Positions 51,135 through 62,864 of a stretch of 64,000 bases of DNA are shown here, one piece after another. Origin of the DNA: Lama guanicoe (lineage: Eukaryota). Numbering within the stretch: the first letter of the stretch is position 1; the number at the start of each line of letters is the position of its first letter. Both the position numbers and the translations under genes were made by a program. Under the pieces are notes generated by a model. That model was not told where the DNA came from. It ran no database searches and saw only the letters and a list, made by a program, of their open reading frames with translations. Where the stretch lies: the NCBI GenBank assembly GCA_013239625.1, contig MU053629.1, forward strand, positions 4,863,567 to 4,927,566. Direction: 5' to 3'.

Positions 51135-52369
51135 TTTTAGATTCCACATATGAGTGATATCATATGATATTTTTCTTTCTCTTTCCGGCCCATCTCATTT
51201 AGAATGACATTCTCCAGGGACATCCATGTTGTTGCAAATGGCATTATGATGTCATTTTACGGCTGAATAGTATTCCATTGTATAAATATACAACAACTTC
51301 TTTATCCAGTCATCTGTCGATGGACATTTAGGCTGTTTCCATGTTTTGGCTATTGTAAATAGTGCTGCTGTGAACATTGGGGTGCAGGTGTCATCCTGAA
51401 GTAGAGTTCCTTCTGGATAAATGCCCAGGAGTGGGATTGCTGGGTCATATGGTAGAACCACCTCTTCTTAAATGGAAAGGTCTTCTCTTTGAGTATAGGA
51501 TAAATTCTAAGCCCTGAAGCCTGCACCCGAGCCTCCCCAACCTGGCTCAAGCCCAGTGGCCGAGGCTCATTGGCACCCACAAGCCATCTGGCCCAAAGCC
51601 CAGCCTGTCACACATACTTCCTGCCTTTGCACACACACCCTCCCTCCCTCCCATTTTCCACCAGCTCAACCAGCACCTGCCTATTTATCAATGTCTCTGG
51701 GTAAGCTCCTCCTTTTCCCCTCCAAAGAGCAAGATACTCCCTTCATCACGTCCTAAACCATCAAACTTGGCTGATCCACCTGCACATCACACCCCTGACA
51801 AGTATGGAAAAGCAATCAAAACAGAAGCATGCCTAGTATACAGCTCTGTCCGGGGAGCCCCTGGTGGGCCTTCTGAACCCACTGGTTGCTGGATCATGGG
51901 GAGATCCCAGGGGAGAGACAGGGATGTGGCAGGAGCAGGGATACTCAGGAAGTTGTGGTCAATCTGGCCTCCCCGTGTCCCCAGACCTGCAGCTCTGTAC
52001 TCCCGCCCTGAAAGTTACCCCTGGGCCCTTTGTCTTGCCCACCCCAGGTCTCTCACTCTGATTCTGGACTCTGCCTTTCTGCATGGACCCTAGACTTGGT
52101 GCAGCCTTCTGATCTGGGGGACCTAACTATGTGTGATGGGGAATTCCCTGCCCCAGCCTCAGATTCTCAGGTCCTCCCTCTGGTTTCCATCTTTGAGGGA
52201 GGAGGCAGGCTGCTCCTTCCTCTGGATCTCCCACCTTTTTTGATCTGTAACTTACCATTGTATCTGGACACTGTTTGTTCATGACTGAGCCCATCCCTGA
52301 ATTGTGAGGGATTTGAGGGCAGGAATATGACAGAGTGGATGTCGAAACATATTTTTCCCCACTTCGGAG

Positions 52370-52962
52370 TTTTTTGTTGTTGTTGTTGTTTTGAAGTATG
52401 GTTGATTTACAATATTATATAAATTTCAGATGTACAACACAGTGATTCATAATTTTAAAAGGTTATACTCCATTTATAGTTATTATAAAATATTGGCTAT
52501 AACCCCGATCTGTGCAATATATCCCTGTGGCTTATTTATTTTATACATAATAGTTTGTACCTTTTAATTCCCTACCCCTAACTTGCTCATCTCCCCCTTC
52601 CCTCGCCCCATTGGTAACCACTAGCTGTTCTCTGTATCTGTGAGTCTGTTTATTTTTTTGTTATACTCACTACTTTGTTTTATTTTTTAGAGGCCATATA
52701 TAGGGGAATCATACAGTATTTGTCTTTCTTTGCCTGAGTTATTTCACTAAGCATAATACCATCTGAGTCCATCCATGTTGTTGCAAATGGCAAAATTTTC
52801 ATTCTCTTTTTATGGCTGTACTCCACTGAGTAGTGTTCCATTGTGTATATAGCCCACATCTTCTTTATCCAGTCATCTGTTGATGGACACTTAGGTTGCT
52901 TCCGTATCTTGGCTATTGTAAATAGTGCTGCTATAAACATTCGGGTGCGTGTATCTTTCTCA
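52370..52962 (-). mobile_element. L1 3' end (cetartiodactyl/L1MA-type) inserted in an L2
   Basis: MFIAALFTIAKIRKQPKCPSTDDWIKKMW...FATTWMD..GIMLSEITQAKKDKYCMIPL. Confidence 0.92.
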
Positions 52963-55801
52963 ATGTATTTTTTAAGTGAATACATGAATAAATCATGGCC
53001 AACCTCTCATAATACTACAAATGATATTCGAGCACAATGAACTCCATAGAAAATCATTTTGTATCATCCATGACTTCGGTTTCAACCACCCAAGAAGGAG
53101 GAAAAAGAGTTGCTGCCTGTCTGGCACAACTTGGAGTCAAAGGAAAATTTTAGATCTTTCCCCGGTATTTTGCTAATGCCAGTATTTTCTCTGGGGTTTG
53201 TCCACCTTACTACCTATGATTTGAGTTCGAATTAAGTCTGTTGCTTGGTTATGCATTTCAAACTTCATCTTAAATTGGTCATGGCTCATTGCTATGGCTT
53301 CACATTTCATCTGTTGTGTTTCTTCTGTTATTCCTTCTATAGGTTGTGAGTTAGGATAATAAAGTCAAGAAAAAATCACCCCAAGCCATTCGCAGCTCTG
53401 GGAAGCTGGTACATGGCTGTCAGAAGCTGGCTGGGTGCCATCGAAAGGAGGAAATGTTTTTGCATGTTGCCAGCCTTATCAGGACTCCTAACAGCTTCTT
53501 GCCAAAATTTTAGGAAAAGGATGATATACATTGCCCTGGAGCTATCCGGTAAGTTTCCATAGGTAGGGAGTCTTTCAACAAGTATCTGGACTGTAAATAC
53601 CTCTCATGTTTTTTCATTGGATTAAGTCTGTAATTTGAGCTCCATATTGTGAAATACTGACATAGAGATATTAATCACTGTTCATAGTTGAGGCAGCATT
53701 GACATCACCACCAGCCACTCACATGAACTTAGTGTATGGAATCCCGTTCAGGATGTGCTCATGAAAGAATAACTGGAGACTTTTTTTTTTAACCACAAAA
53801 ATGTTCTTTTGTGGGGGATGTGGAGCAGGGAAAGCTTATGAAAAGCTAGTAGGTAATCACAACTCTTTTAAATATTTACTCTATATCTCTTCTGTATCTC
53901 TTTGATGCCAATTCAGATAACAACTCAATTCAAATAATTCCATTTATTTGTACATATTTTGGTGTTTTTCTTGTTTGGTGGAGGACTTTGTCTATCTGGC
54001 CTAGAGAAACTGAATTTCAAATTCTTGTTTAAATATTGAGAAGATGTAGCCATAATCATGTCCTTCCCCAGTCAATCAACTGATCATCAGTCAGCCATGC
54101 CTGCTGAGCACTGACTGTGCCCAGACCTGTGTCTGGAGGGAAACAGAGAGAGAAATAAGGCATTATTTCTCCCTTCTCTTTATGAGTTTATAGTCTAGTC
54201 TGACAATCCTGGGTTCAAATCTCAGTCCTGTAATTTAGTAGCAAAGTGGAACTTAATAAGTGATGCAGTAATTCAGAGCTTCTGTTTCTGTCAAAATAGG
54301 AGTGATGGTAACACCCCACCTCACAGGGCTGCTGGGGGAATGGAAGGAAAGAGCAGGTGTCCTGTGCGGGGTTCATCTACAAATGTTGGCTTCCCTCCCT
54401 TGCTCTTAGTTTTCAGCCTGGAGAACTTTTTTTTTTAATTGGAGACTTTTTTTTAAACCACAAAAATGTTCTTTGGGGGGAACAGTGGGAAGGGTCCTAT
54501 TGGCCCTGGGTGACAGTCCTATTCTCAAGGCCAAGAGCCATTACCTCCGTGGTCACATGAAAGCAGGACCATGGTGCCTGGCTGGAAGCAAAGGCTACAA
54601 ACAGGCTACTTGTGGTCCAAAGCCAACCTTTAGGCACATCTAATTAGTCCTATGTGATGTTAAAAAAAAAAAAAACTCATTGCCAGTGTTTAAATATCAG
54701 AAGATAACCATAGAACCCGGAATCGGGGATTCTCTTGAAAATCAGAAGAATCTGACCTTTGATACTTAGATGGAGCTGACCAGAAGCTACCTTCTTTGGA
54801 TGGGCCAAGTTCGATCCTGATTGCTTATGGCTTCCCACGGGGAGATGAGCTGTGTCGAAAAGGCATCATTTAGTTCAGCTCCAGTCGGAATTCAAAGCTT
54901 AAGCGAAAGAACCAAGCCAGGAATGCTGAGCTAGGGCAGCAGAAGCCCTAAGAAGATTCCCTCAGGAGAGTAAACGCTTTGTTCATTTGTTCATTCATTC
55001 ATTCATTCAGCGATGATTGCTGGATGTGCAACTCCCTGCAAGAGAAAGAACATTTATTGGGAAGCTACTGTGTGCCAGGCTCTAACATCCATTGCACAGC
55101 CCCCTACAACAAAAAAAAAAATTATCCAGCCAGCGTATCAACAGTGTTAAGGCTGAGAAACCCTGAATTATAGGCATTCATATGGGTGAATCTCATAAAT
55201 ATAATGCTGAATGCAGAAAGCATGTTGCAGAAGAATATATATACAATATAATACTGTTTTTTAACGTTCAAAGGCAAGAAAACAAAAAAGAATACATTGT
55301 TTAGGAAATCACACATCTAGGCTAAAATTATCCTGAAAGCAAGAGAAGTGGTAACAACAAAATCAATTTTCCTGGTGGGGAAACTGGGGGATGAGATTGG
55401 GAAGGAGTGTTCGAGAAAACGCAATGCTGTCGGAAGGCTGTCATTCTCAAAGTGGGAGACAGCTTCACGGTTATCGGTTTTACGCTTCACAACTTAAATA
55501 TACATTATATATATTCTTTTATAAGTAGCAAATACTTCAAAATTTAATTAATATATTTTCAAACATTTTAGTTTATTTTGAAAGAACAGGCACTACTCTG
55601 TTTACAGTGGTATGTCTGGGGGACTGTGTGGGGGGCCTTGTTCATTTCTGAATTGTTTTTCTCTTTCCTGATGCAGGTGCCTATGTTTGTACTGAGAAGA
55701 AGGCAAAAAGGAAAGAAACAAGAATCGAATGTGATGAGTCTCTTCACTCACAAAGGCCATGTTTCAAAAACCTCAGGTGTCCCTAAATGCAAATGCTACC
55801 A

Positions 55802-56687
55802 CCGTAATTCATCAAACCTAAGATACCATCCACTTATTTTTATTTTTTAAATTTATTTATTTATTGGTGGGGGAGGTAATGAGGTTTGTTTGTTTGTTTG
55901 TTTAATGGAGGTACTGGGGATTGAACCCAGGACCTCCTGCATGCTAACTAAGCATGCGTTCCACCACTGATCTATACCCTCCCCCCACCATCAATTTTAA
56001 GATACACCCATCGCTTCATGTATCACCAAGAATGAGCAAAAAAAATGTTGCCAAATAAACGGGCACAAAGCTTTCTTATCCCTTAGATTTTCCATTTTAT
56101 ACTTATTCAAAGAGCTCTCTCAGACTCATTTAGACATTTACTTTTATTACATATCACTCATAGGTAAAAAGGGAAAGAAAAACAAATAGATTGGCTAAGA
56201 TATTCCTGAAATATCTTCACATTCCACAGCCAGCACTCCTGCATCACTTGTCAACCAAGAATAGTTGATGTCTGTGTTTTCCGCACAATATGGTCCCCTC
56301 TGCCGCCAAGAGCCTTAGCGAGGCAGCGTGTCCTCAAAGAGGGCTCCGTGATGGCTTCCGGGGTTTTCTCCCAAGCCCCTGTCTCCCATTTCATTAGTTG
56401 ATCTACCCAGAAGGTGTCAACAGAGGTTTTCAAACAAAAAGCAGGGCTCATGGTCCTTCCCCGAGTGGTTTTTAAATGATTTGTCGACAGAGACATTGAC
56501 GGTTGGCATCAGTCTAATGGGCCACGGGAAACAATCACCAAGATCACACATGCGTGGGCAGGGCCAGCTGCGCCACGACCCTCATCTGCCCAAGGGCAAT
56601 TGTAAGATGCCATTGACTGCCATAGGTGTCTCAGTTTCAGAGGTATTATAATGAGAAAATGATGTACATAACAGAATTGATGAACGG
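55802..56687 (-). mobile_element. TcMar-Tc2 (Kanga-like) DNA transposon remnant with transposase C-terminus
   Basis: End motif ccgtaattcatcaaacctaagataccatc and opposite end agaattgatgaacgg; minus-strand remnants VNVSVDKSFKNH (DDE_1 QPLDVSVNKPFK-like) and AWEKTPEAITEPSLRTRCLAKALGGRGDHIV. Confidence 0.75.
55836..55986 (-). mobile_element. vic-1-type tRNA-Ala SINE inside the Kanga-like element
   Basis: tggaggtactggggattgaacccaggacctcctgcatgctaactaagcatgc; flanking accatcMaYtt. Confidence 0.9.
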
Positions 56688-57630
56688 CAGGAAAGCAAAT
56701 GTTACCTCCCCCCAAATGCCTCTGTGACTTAACGTTATAAATAATAATAATTAATATTAAAGTAAAAAATAAAAATAATAAAGTAAAAAAGGGGTAAAGG
56801 GCAGAGCACTGAAGGCTGGTCACAAGCCTTCAAGTTCTCATAAAAACAGGGGCATAATAAGAACCAGTATTGGAAACAGTTTTTCCCTGGGTACATACAG
56901 ACAATAAAGGGGCGGATCCTCTCTAGAGAACTTAAAACCAAAAATGACACCTTCTAAGAACCCCTTTGCTTTGTACTAGCCCGATGTGCTGGCAATTCTA
57001 AACAATGTCCATGAGGAAATAATCCTCCCTGAAAAAAAATCTTTTTTGGTCTAAGTTCTAAATGATTGCAGCAGTTTATTGTTGAATTTTAATTATAAAT
57101 AAACAAATAAACCCTTCACATTGGCATTATGATTACATATCCCTTAATAAACATTGTATTCTACATGGAAGTTAATTCGGGGAACTCTTCGTTCTATGGT
57201 TTCCTCACACACGCGCAAACTCAGCTACGTGCGTCCTGGTCAGAATCCATCTTGAGCCCATTTTGGACCCAATTCATGCCTCCAGCCCTTGTGGTTCTAC
57301 ATCTTCCTGCATTTAAACAGGACATTTGCAATAAAGCATAAGAGCACAGTGAATGTTAGAACGAGCTACTTCAGTTCTGTCATTCTATATCACGTGGAGT
57401 TTTTGTGTTTGAAATGTGAAATATTGAAACAGAATTAAGAACTGTGAGATGGAATATTTTTATATAATAAGCAGAAATTATAGCTCACACATGAAATGTT
57501 TGAATGATTTTTTAATATCATATTTTAAATGTATTCATCTTTTAAAATTGTTGTGTTTAAAACCTAAAGGACAAATGAAGAAAGCAAACTACAGTGATAT
57601 TATTTATTACTATGAGAGATTAAGAAGTAT

Positions 57631-57808
57631 ATAGAAGCAGAGGGGATAGCTCAGTGGTAGAGCGAATGCTTAGTGTGCCTGATGTCCTGCGTTCAATCCC
57701 CAGGACCCCCATCTAAATAAATAAATAAACCTAATTACCCCCAAAACAAAACAAACAAAGTGAAATAATTATAAGCTTTTTCCTCGTAAAAAAAGAGACA
57801 CTGATGTA
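57631..57808 (+). mobile_element. vic-1-type SINE with extended non-consensus tail
   Basis: ggggatagctcagtggtagagcgaatgcttag...; 12-bp TSD attaagaagtat (57619-57630/57809-57820). Confidence 0.88.
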
Positions 57809-58017
57809 ATTAAGAAGTATCGCTCATTTATTTTTCCCTCTTTTGTGTTATATTTATTCATTTTTCCCTGAAATGACTGTATAGATGAAGTTCAATAAAA
57901 GAAAGTTTTTTCCTGATTGCTTTTTTTTCCTGCCCATTACTATTATTTGTTTTATTTAATTATTATTATTGGAAAAAATTTTGTCATACAGAGGAGGGGA
58001 GTGTTAAAAAATGACCA

Positions 58018-58812
58018 GAATTGTCACAGCCCAGAAGGAGCCTAAGTAGACTTGACAACTAAATGCAATGTGAAATCCTGAATGGAATCTTGGAACAGAA
58101 AAGAAGATGTTATATAAACACTAAGGAAATCTGAATAAAGTAGAGACTTTAATAATAATGTATCAATATTGGTTCATCATATGTAACAAGCATACTATAC
58201 TAATGTAAAATGCTAATCATAGGGGGAAATGGGTGGTGGAGTATATGGGAACTCTCAATTTCTGTAAATCTGAAATAATTTTAAAATTAAAAGTTCACCA
58301 GAGATCCACTGACAGATGATTGCATAAAGAAGTTGTGGTATATGTGTGCAATGGAATGCTACTCAGCCATAAGAAAGAATGAAACAATGCCATTTGCAGC
58401 AACATGGATGGACCTCGAGACCATCATACTAAGTGAAGTAAGCCAGAAAGAGAAAGAAAAATATCATATGATATCACTTATATGTGGAATCTTTAAAAAA
58501 TGACACAAACGAACTTATTTACAAAACAGAAACAGACTCATAGACACAGAGAATAAACTTATGGTTATGGAGGGGGAGAGAGGAAGGGAAAAATGGGGAG
58601 CTCAGGATTTGCAGATATTAAATACTATTCATAAAATAGATAAACTACAAGGTCCTACTGTATAGCACAAGGAACTATATTCAATACCTCATAATAGCTT
58701 ATAAGGAAAAAGAATATAAAAAGGAATATATATATATATACCTGAATCACTGTGCTGTACACCAGAAACTAACACAACATTGTGAACCAATTATACTTCA
58801 ATTTAAAAAAAA
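58018..58812 (+). mobile_element. L1MC-type 3' end (58018-58295) followed by a young L1 3' end (58300-58812)
   Basis: acaactaaatgcaatgtgaaatcctgaatggaatcttggaacagaaaag; then ccatttgcagcaacatggatggacc...acaacattgtgaaccaattatacttcaattt(A)n. Confidence 0.88.
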
Positions 58813-59023
58813 ATGCACCTGTGAAATAAAATGATCAACTCCAGACTTAAATAAGCTGGGCACATCATTAAAGATAACTTTCAGTTATGAAATCTGCCAA
58901 CCCTAGGGGTCTGCTCTTGTCCCTTCCAGGAACTCTGTCTTTACGCCTCCCTGTAGTTTCCCAAATCCCTCCTCTAAGCCTTGAGTTATGATTTATTGTT
59001 TTCTCAGTTTCATCCCTCTAGTC

Positions 59024-60937
59024 CAGCTGTTACAGAGTGAAGTTCGTGGACCCTTGTTGATCCCCAAGCCCATTCCACAGCATCTGCCAAGACTATTTTC
59101 ATAATATTACCAAGAAGTTGTGAGATAGATACATAGATATAGATATAGATATAGATATAGATATAATGGAATATTACTCAGCCATAAAAAAGAATAAAAT
59201 AATGCCATTTGCAGCAATATGGATGGACCTGGAGACTGTCATACCAAGTGAAGTAAGCCAGAAAGAGAAAGAAAAATACCATATGGTATCACTATGTTCA
59301 ATACCTTGTAATAGCTTATAAGGAAAAAGACTATAAAAAGGAATATATATGTATAACTGAACCATTGTTCATATATATGTGTGTGTGTGTGTGTGTGTGT
59401 TACATATAACACATAATAGTACCAATTGGCTTTTTTCTCCAGGTTAACACTTGCATGGATGATGCAGAAACAATGATGGGTATCATTGCAGACACCTTAG
59501 CATGAACTAAGGCAGTGGCACCGAATTGTACTTATAGACATTGTATTTTTCACCACTCTGCACTCTCAGTTTGGAAAGAAAAGAAAAGAAGAGCCAGATT
59601 CACTTAAGAGTGTATTTAATGAAGCAGTGAAAATATTACTTTTATAAATCTTGACTCTTGAGTACCTGTCTTTTTAATAGTATCTTACATGATGTTGGTG
59701 GGGAGGGTACAGCTCAGTGGTAGAGTGCGTGCTTAGCATGCACAAGATCCTGGGTTCAATCCCCAGAACCTCCATTAAAAAAAAGATAAATAAATAAACC
59801 TAATCACCCCTCAAAAAGCTTAAAAACATAAATAAATTTAAAAAAAAATCAATACTATCCTGTATGATGAAGTGGAAATTACAAATAAAGTTCTTTTACT
59901 AAATACTGAAGAACAGTGGTCATCTCAAGGTACAGTTGTTTTGAGTTGCAAACTGAATTCTCTGTTTTTCCCCTGAAACCACATTTTTGCTTGAAAGAAC
60001 TTCAGACTGACAGAGGTGGCTATTGAGACTTGAACATTTGGCAGACATTCTCTTAAATATAAACAAAGTCAGCCAGTCACTGTAAGAAAAACAACTGATA
60101 GCATTTGTTGCCAATGATCAGATTCAAGGTTTTAATGGAAAACTACAAGTTTGGAAAAACCTGTATTTGCCATCGGGAACTTGACAGCTTACAGACACTT
60201 AAAGACTTTCCTGATGAGATTCTTGTCGATATTAACAAGTGTGATTTTTCTTTGATATTATATGATGAACTAGGGTCAACATTTGGAAGATCTGTAGAAC
60301 TCAGTGAGCCAATATTTTCCAAATGACCAAAACAAAAGATTGCAAAATCACACGTGAGTCAAATGACCCATTCAAAGTATATGTATTTTAATACTAACAC
60401 AGTGAGTGGGAAAGGTTCGTAGACGCAGTTTCATAACTCAGATTGCAACTAACCTTTAAGAAACTATCACTTAATGAGTTTTAGAGTGGTAGCGAAGAGG
60501 AATAGCCACAATTATCTGAAAAGGCTTTTAAAATCCTCCTCCCTTCATCTACATATCTGTGTGAGGCTGGATTTTCTACATATACATCAACCAAAACAGC
60601 ATGTCACAGACAGAATGCGGAAGCAGAGATGAGAATCCAGCTGTCTTCTGTTAGCCAGACATCAAAGGTATTTGCAGAAGTCACTCTTCTCACCAGCATG
60701 TGTGTGGAAAGTATAGTTATTTTCCATACATGATATTATTTATGTTAACCTGTAGTGGGTTTGTTACTGTTGTTTTTAAAAGAATAAAACAATAAAGATT
60801 TTTAAGTGTTTTCAGTTCTGATTGTTAATGCTGTAGATATCAACAGATACAGCTCACATAAACAAAAGTTCTTAGGATCCTTGATAATTTTTAAGGATGT
60901 AAAGCGATCCTAAGACCAAATGGTCTGAGAACAGTTG
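59024..60937 (+). mobile_element. hAT Charlie1a-like transposon with both ends; nested L1 (about 59120-59420) and vic-1 SINE
   Basis: Colinear with the 18362 copy; 3' end taagaccaaatggtctgagaacagttg; 8-bp TSD ctctagtc (59016-59023) / ccctagtc (60938-60945). Confidence 0.9.
59700..59850 (+). mobile_element. vic-1-type tRNA-Ala SINE
   Basis: ggggagggtacagctcagtggtagagtgcgtgcttagcatgcacaagatcctgggttcaatccccag + A-rich tail. Confidence 0.92.
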
Positions 60938-62070
60938 CCCTAGTCTTAAGACAGATCCATTTCCTTTACCTCCTCTCCCATTTCTGTCTCTGGAAGAGTT
61001 GCATTTACTGAATATCTGCTGTGGGCAGACTCTCAGCTCTTCTCATTTATAAGTAGGATGAAACAGTTATGAAATTGACCGGACTTGGCATCTTATCCTT
61101 CAACTCCTGGTCTCTACTTTCAGTGAATGTCTAAGTAGTATTTTCTCTAAGTCATTTCCTTTCTCCTCCCTTCTTTGTCTTCACTCATTCATCTAGTAAA
61201 CATTGTAGAACACCCTTTAAAAAGAAATAAAATTAACTGAGAATAATAATGAATAAAATTAACAGTTTGGTAATTGTTATCAAATCTGTACCTGACCCAG
61301 ACACTGTACTTTATATGAGTTAGTTATCTCATTTAGTCCCTTAACAATGCTATGAGGCAGGTATCATTCCCATTTTACAGATGAAAAAAAAAATGGTTCA
61401 GTGAGTGAAGTGAATGGCTCAAGGTCATGCAGGATGGCAGTGACGAAGTCAAGATGTGACCCCGGATCCAGTAGGTTTATGCCCTATCTTGCACTTGCCT
61501 AAAATTGTGCTTGGAAGGGATATGAATACCCTGATAAGATACATTCTGTTGTTTAAGGAGCTTATAGATTAGTAGCAGAGATTCAACAATTTTGCAAACT
61601 TTAAAATTTATTTCCATGCTGGCTTGTTCAAGGTAAAAAAAAATTGTTTTTAGAGAGCGTTGGTGGTTTGTATTTATTTACTGCCTAATTCTCCCAAGGG
61701 TTTGGGAACATTAACAACCACTCATTGAGGATTGACCATGTACTGAGCAGAGCATTGAAGAGAAGGGTTAAAAAAAAAAAAAAAGATGTCACACTCCATG
61801 GGCTTACTGATTAGTGTGTGTTATAGGGAAGATGGCAGGTAGGGTAGAAAGGCTCACAGATAGCTGCCATATTGGGGAGAATAAGGCAAGTTCAATGACA
61901 CAGGCACACCATCCAAGGTGGCAACAGATTGTGGGATGCAGAGAGCACATCTGATTGGGGTAGCTAGGCAAGGCTTCTCAGAAGAGGTGACATCTGAAGG
62001 GTAGGATGAATTGAGGCAGGAAGAGATGGTAGGAAATGGGAGAACTAGGTGGGCAGAAGGATACGTGCAG

Positions 62071-62430
62071 TTGTCAAAGCTTGGCTTCTTGGAAGCAGAA
62101 ACAGAGACAAAGTGTATTGGAGATTAAGGGAGAGGAAGTAGGAAGGACAGAGGAAGAAGTGAAATTACAATGCAGCTTTGACAAAGCTTTACCCAATGGG
62201 GTGGGGAATTCTGCAAGGAATAGTGCCTGGCAGCGCTATCCCGGGTCAAGTTGCAATGGCCAGGACTTTAGACCACACCCATTTCATTTGGTCTCACTAT
62301 AGGGCACCTATAGGTTACCAGGGGGCGGGACCGCAGGTGGGGGTGACCTTGCAGCTGAGGTCAAATTGCTATGTGAAAAGTGACTTGATCAGTGCTCTCT
62401 TCTGGGAAGGATAGCCCTAAGGCAACCTGT
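62071..62430 (-). mobile_element. ERVL LTR16-like solo LTR
   Basis: cttcttggaagcagaaacagagac...gaggaagaagtgaaattacaatgcag...ggggaattctg...aatggccaggacttta. Confidence 0.55.
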
Positions 62431-62466
62431 CAGGCGGATTCAAGGCCAAAGGTGTAAATTCATCCT

Positions 62467-62864
62467 TGTGATGCAGGAAAAACGGGTGTGGGGCGTGAGG
62501 AGGGCCGTGTCCCAGATCTCAGTGGAGCCCCTGGGACGTGCCCCGCCGAGTGTGGGTCCTTGGCTTCACACAGGAATGAATTCAAGAGTGAGCCAGTTGA
62601 GTAAAGATAGATTTATCTAGAGAGATACTTACTGCACAGAGTGTAGGCTGTTTCAAAAGGCAAGAGAAAGGCCACGAAGTGTGGGGGTTGGGTGCTTAGA
62701 TTAGAGTGAAAGTAGGTACACACTCCATAGACAGAGTGTGGGCCATCTCTGAAAGATGAAGGAGCGAGAGGCGGTCACTTTTTATGGGCTTGGTAGCTTC
62801 ATATGCTAACAAGTGGGAGGACCATTTTAACTACCCTGGGGAAGGGGCTGGGATCCCAGGAACA
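62467..62864 (-). mobile_element. ERV1-class LTR fragment
   Basis: gggtccttggcttcacacaggaatgaattcaagagtgagcc...acactccatagacagagtgtgggccatctc...ttcatatgctaacaagtgggagg. Confidence 0.6.

Larger units (their letters stand above)
50438..51453 (-). mobile_element. Young L1 3' end (ORF2 C-terminus + 3'UTR) with extra 3' sequence; spans the assembly gap
   Basis: LPYDPAIPLLGIYP...CTPMFTAALFTIAKTWKQPKCPSTDDWIKKL; perfect 16-bp TSD agaaccacctcttctt (50422-50437/51454-51469). Confidence 0.93.
56847..58870. mobile_element. hAT-Tip100 MER97-like element with nested SINE and L1s
   Basis: acaataaaggggcggatcctctctagagaacttaaaacc...gtgctggcaattctaaacaatgtc...gagtgttaaaaaatga; resumes after 58825. Confidence 0.7.

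Noticed and set aside
50798..51157. Poly-L, poly-E, poly-R and poly-F ORFs
   Set aside because: Translations of the TTC microsatellite
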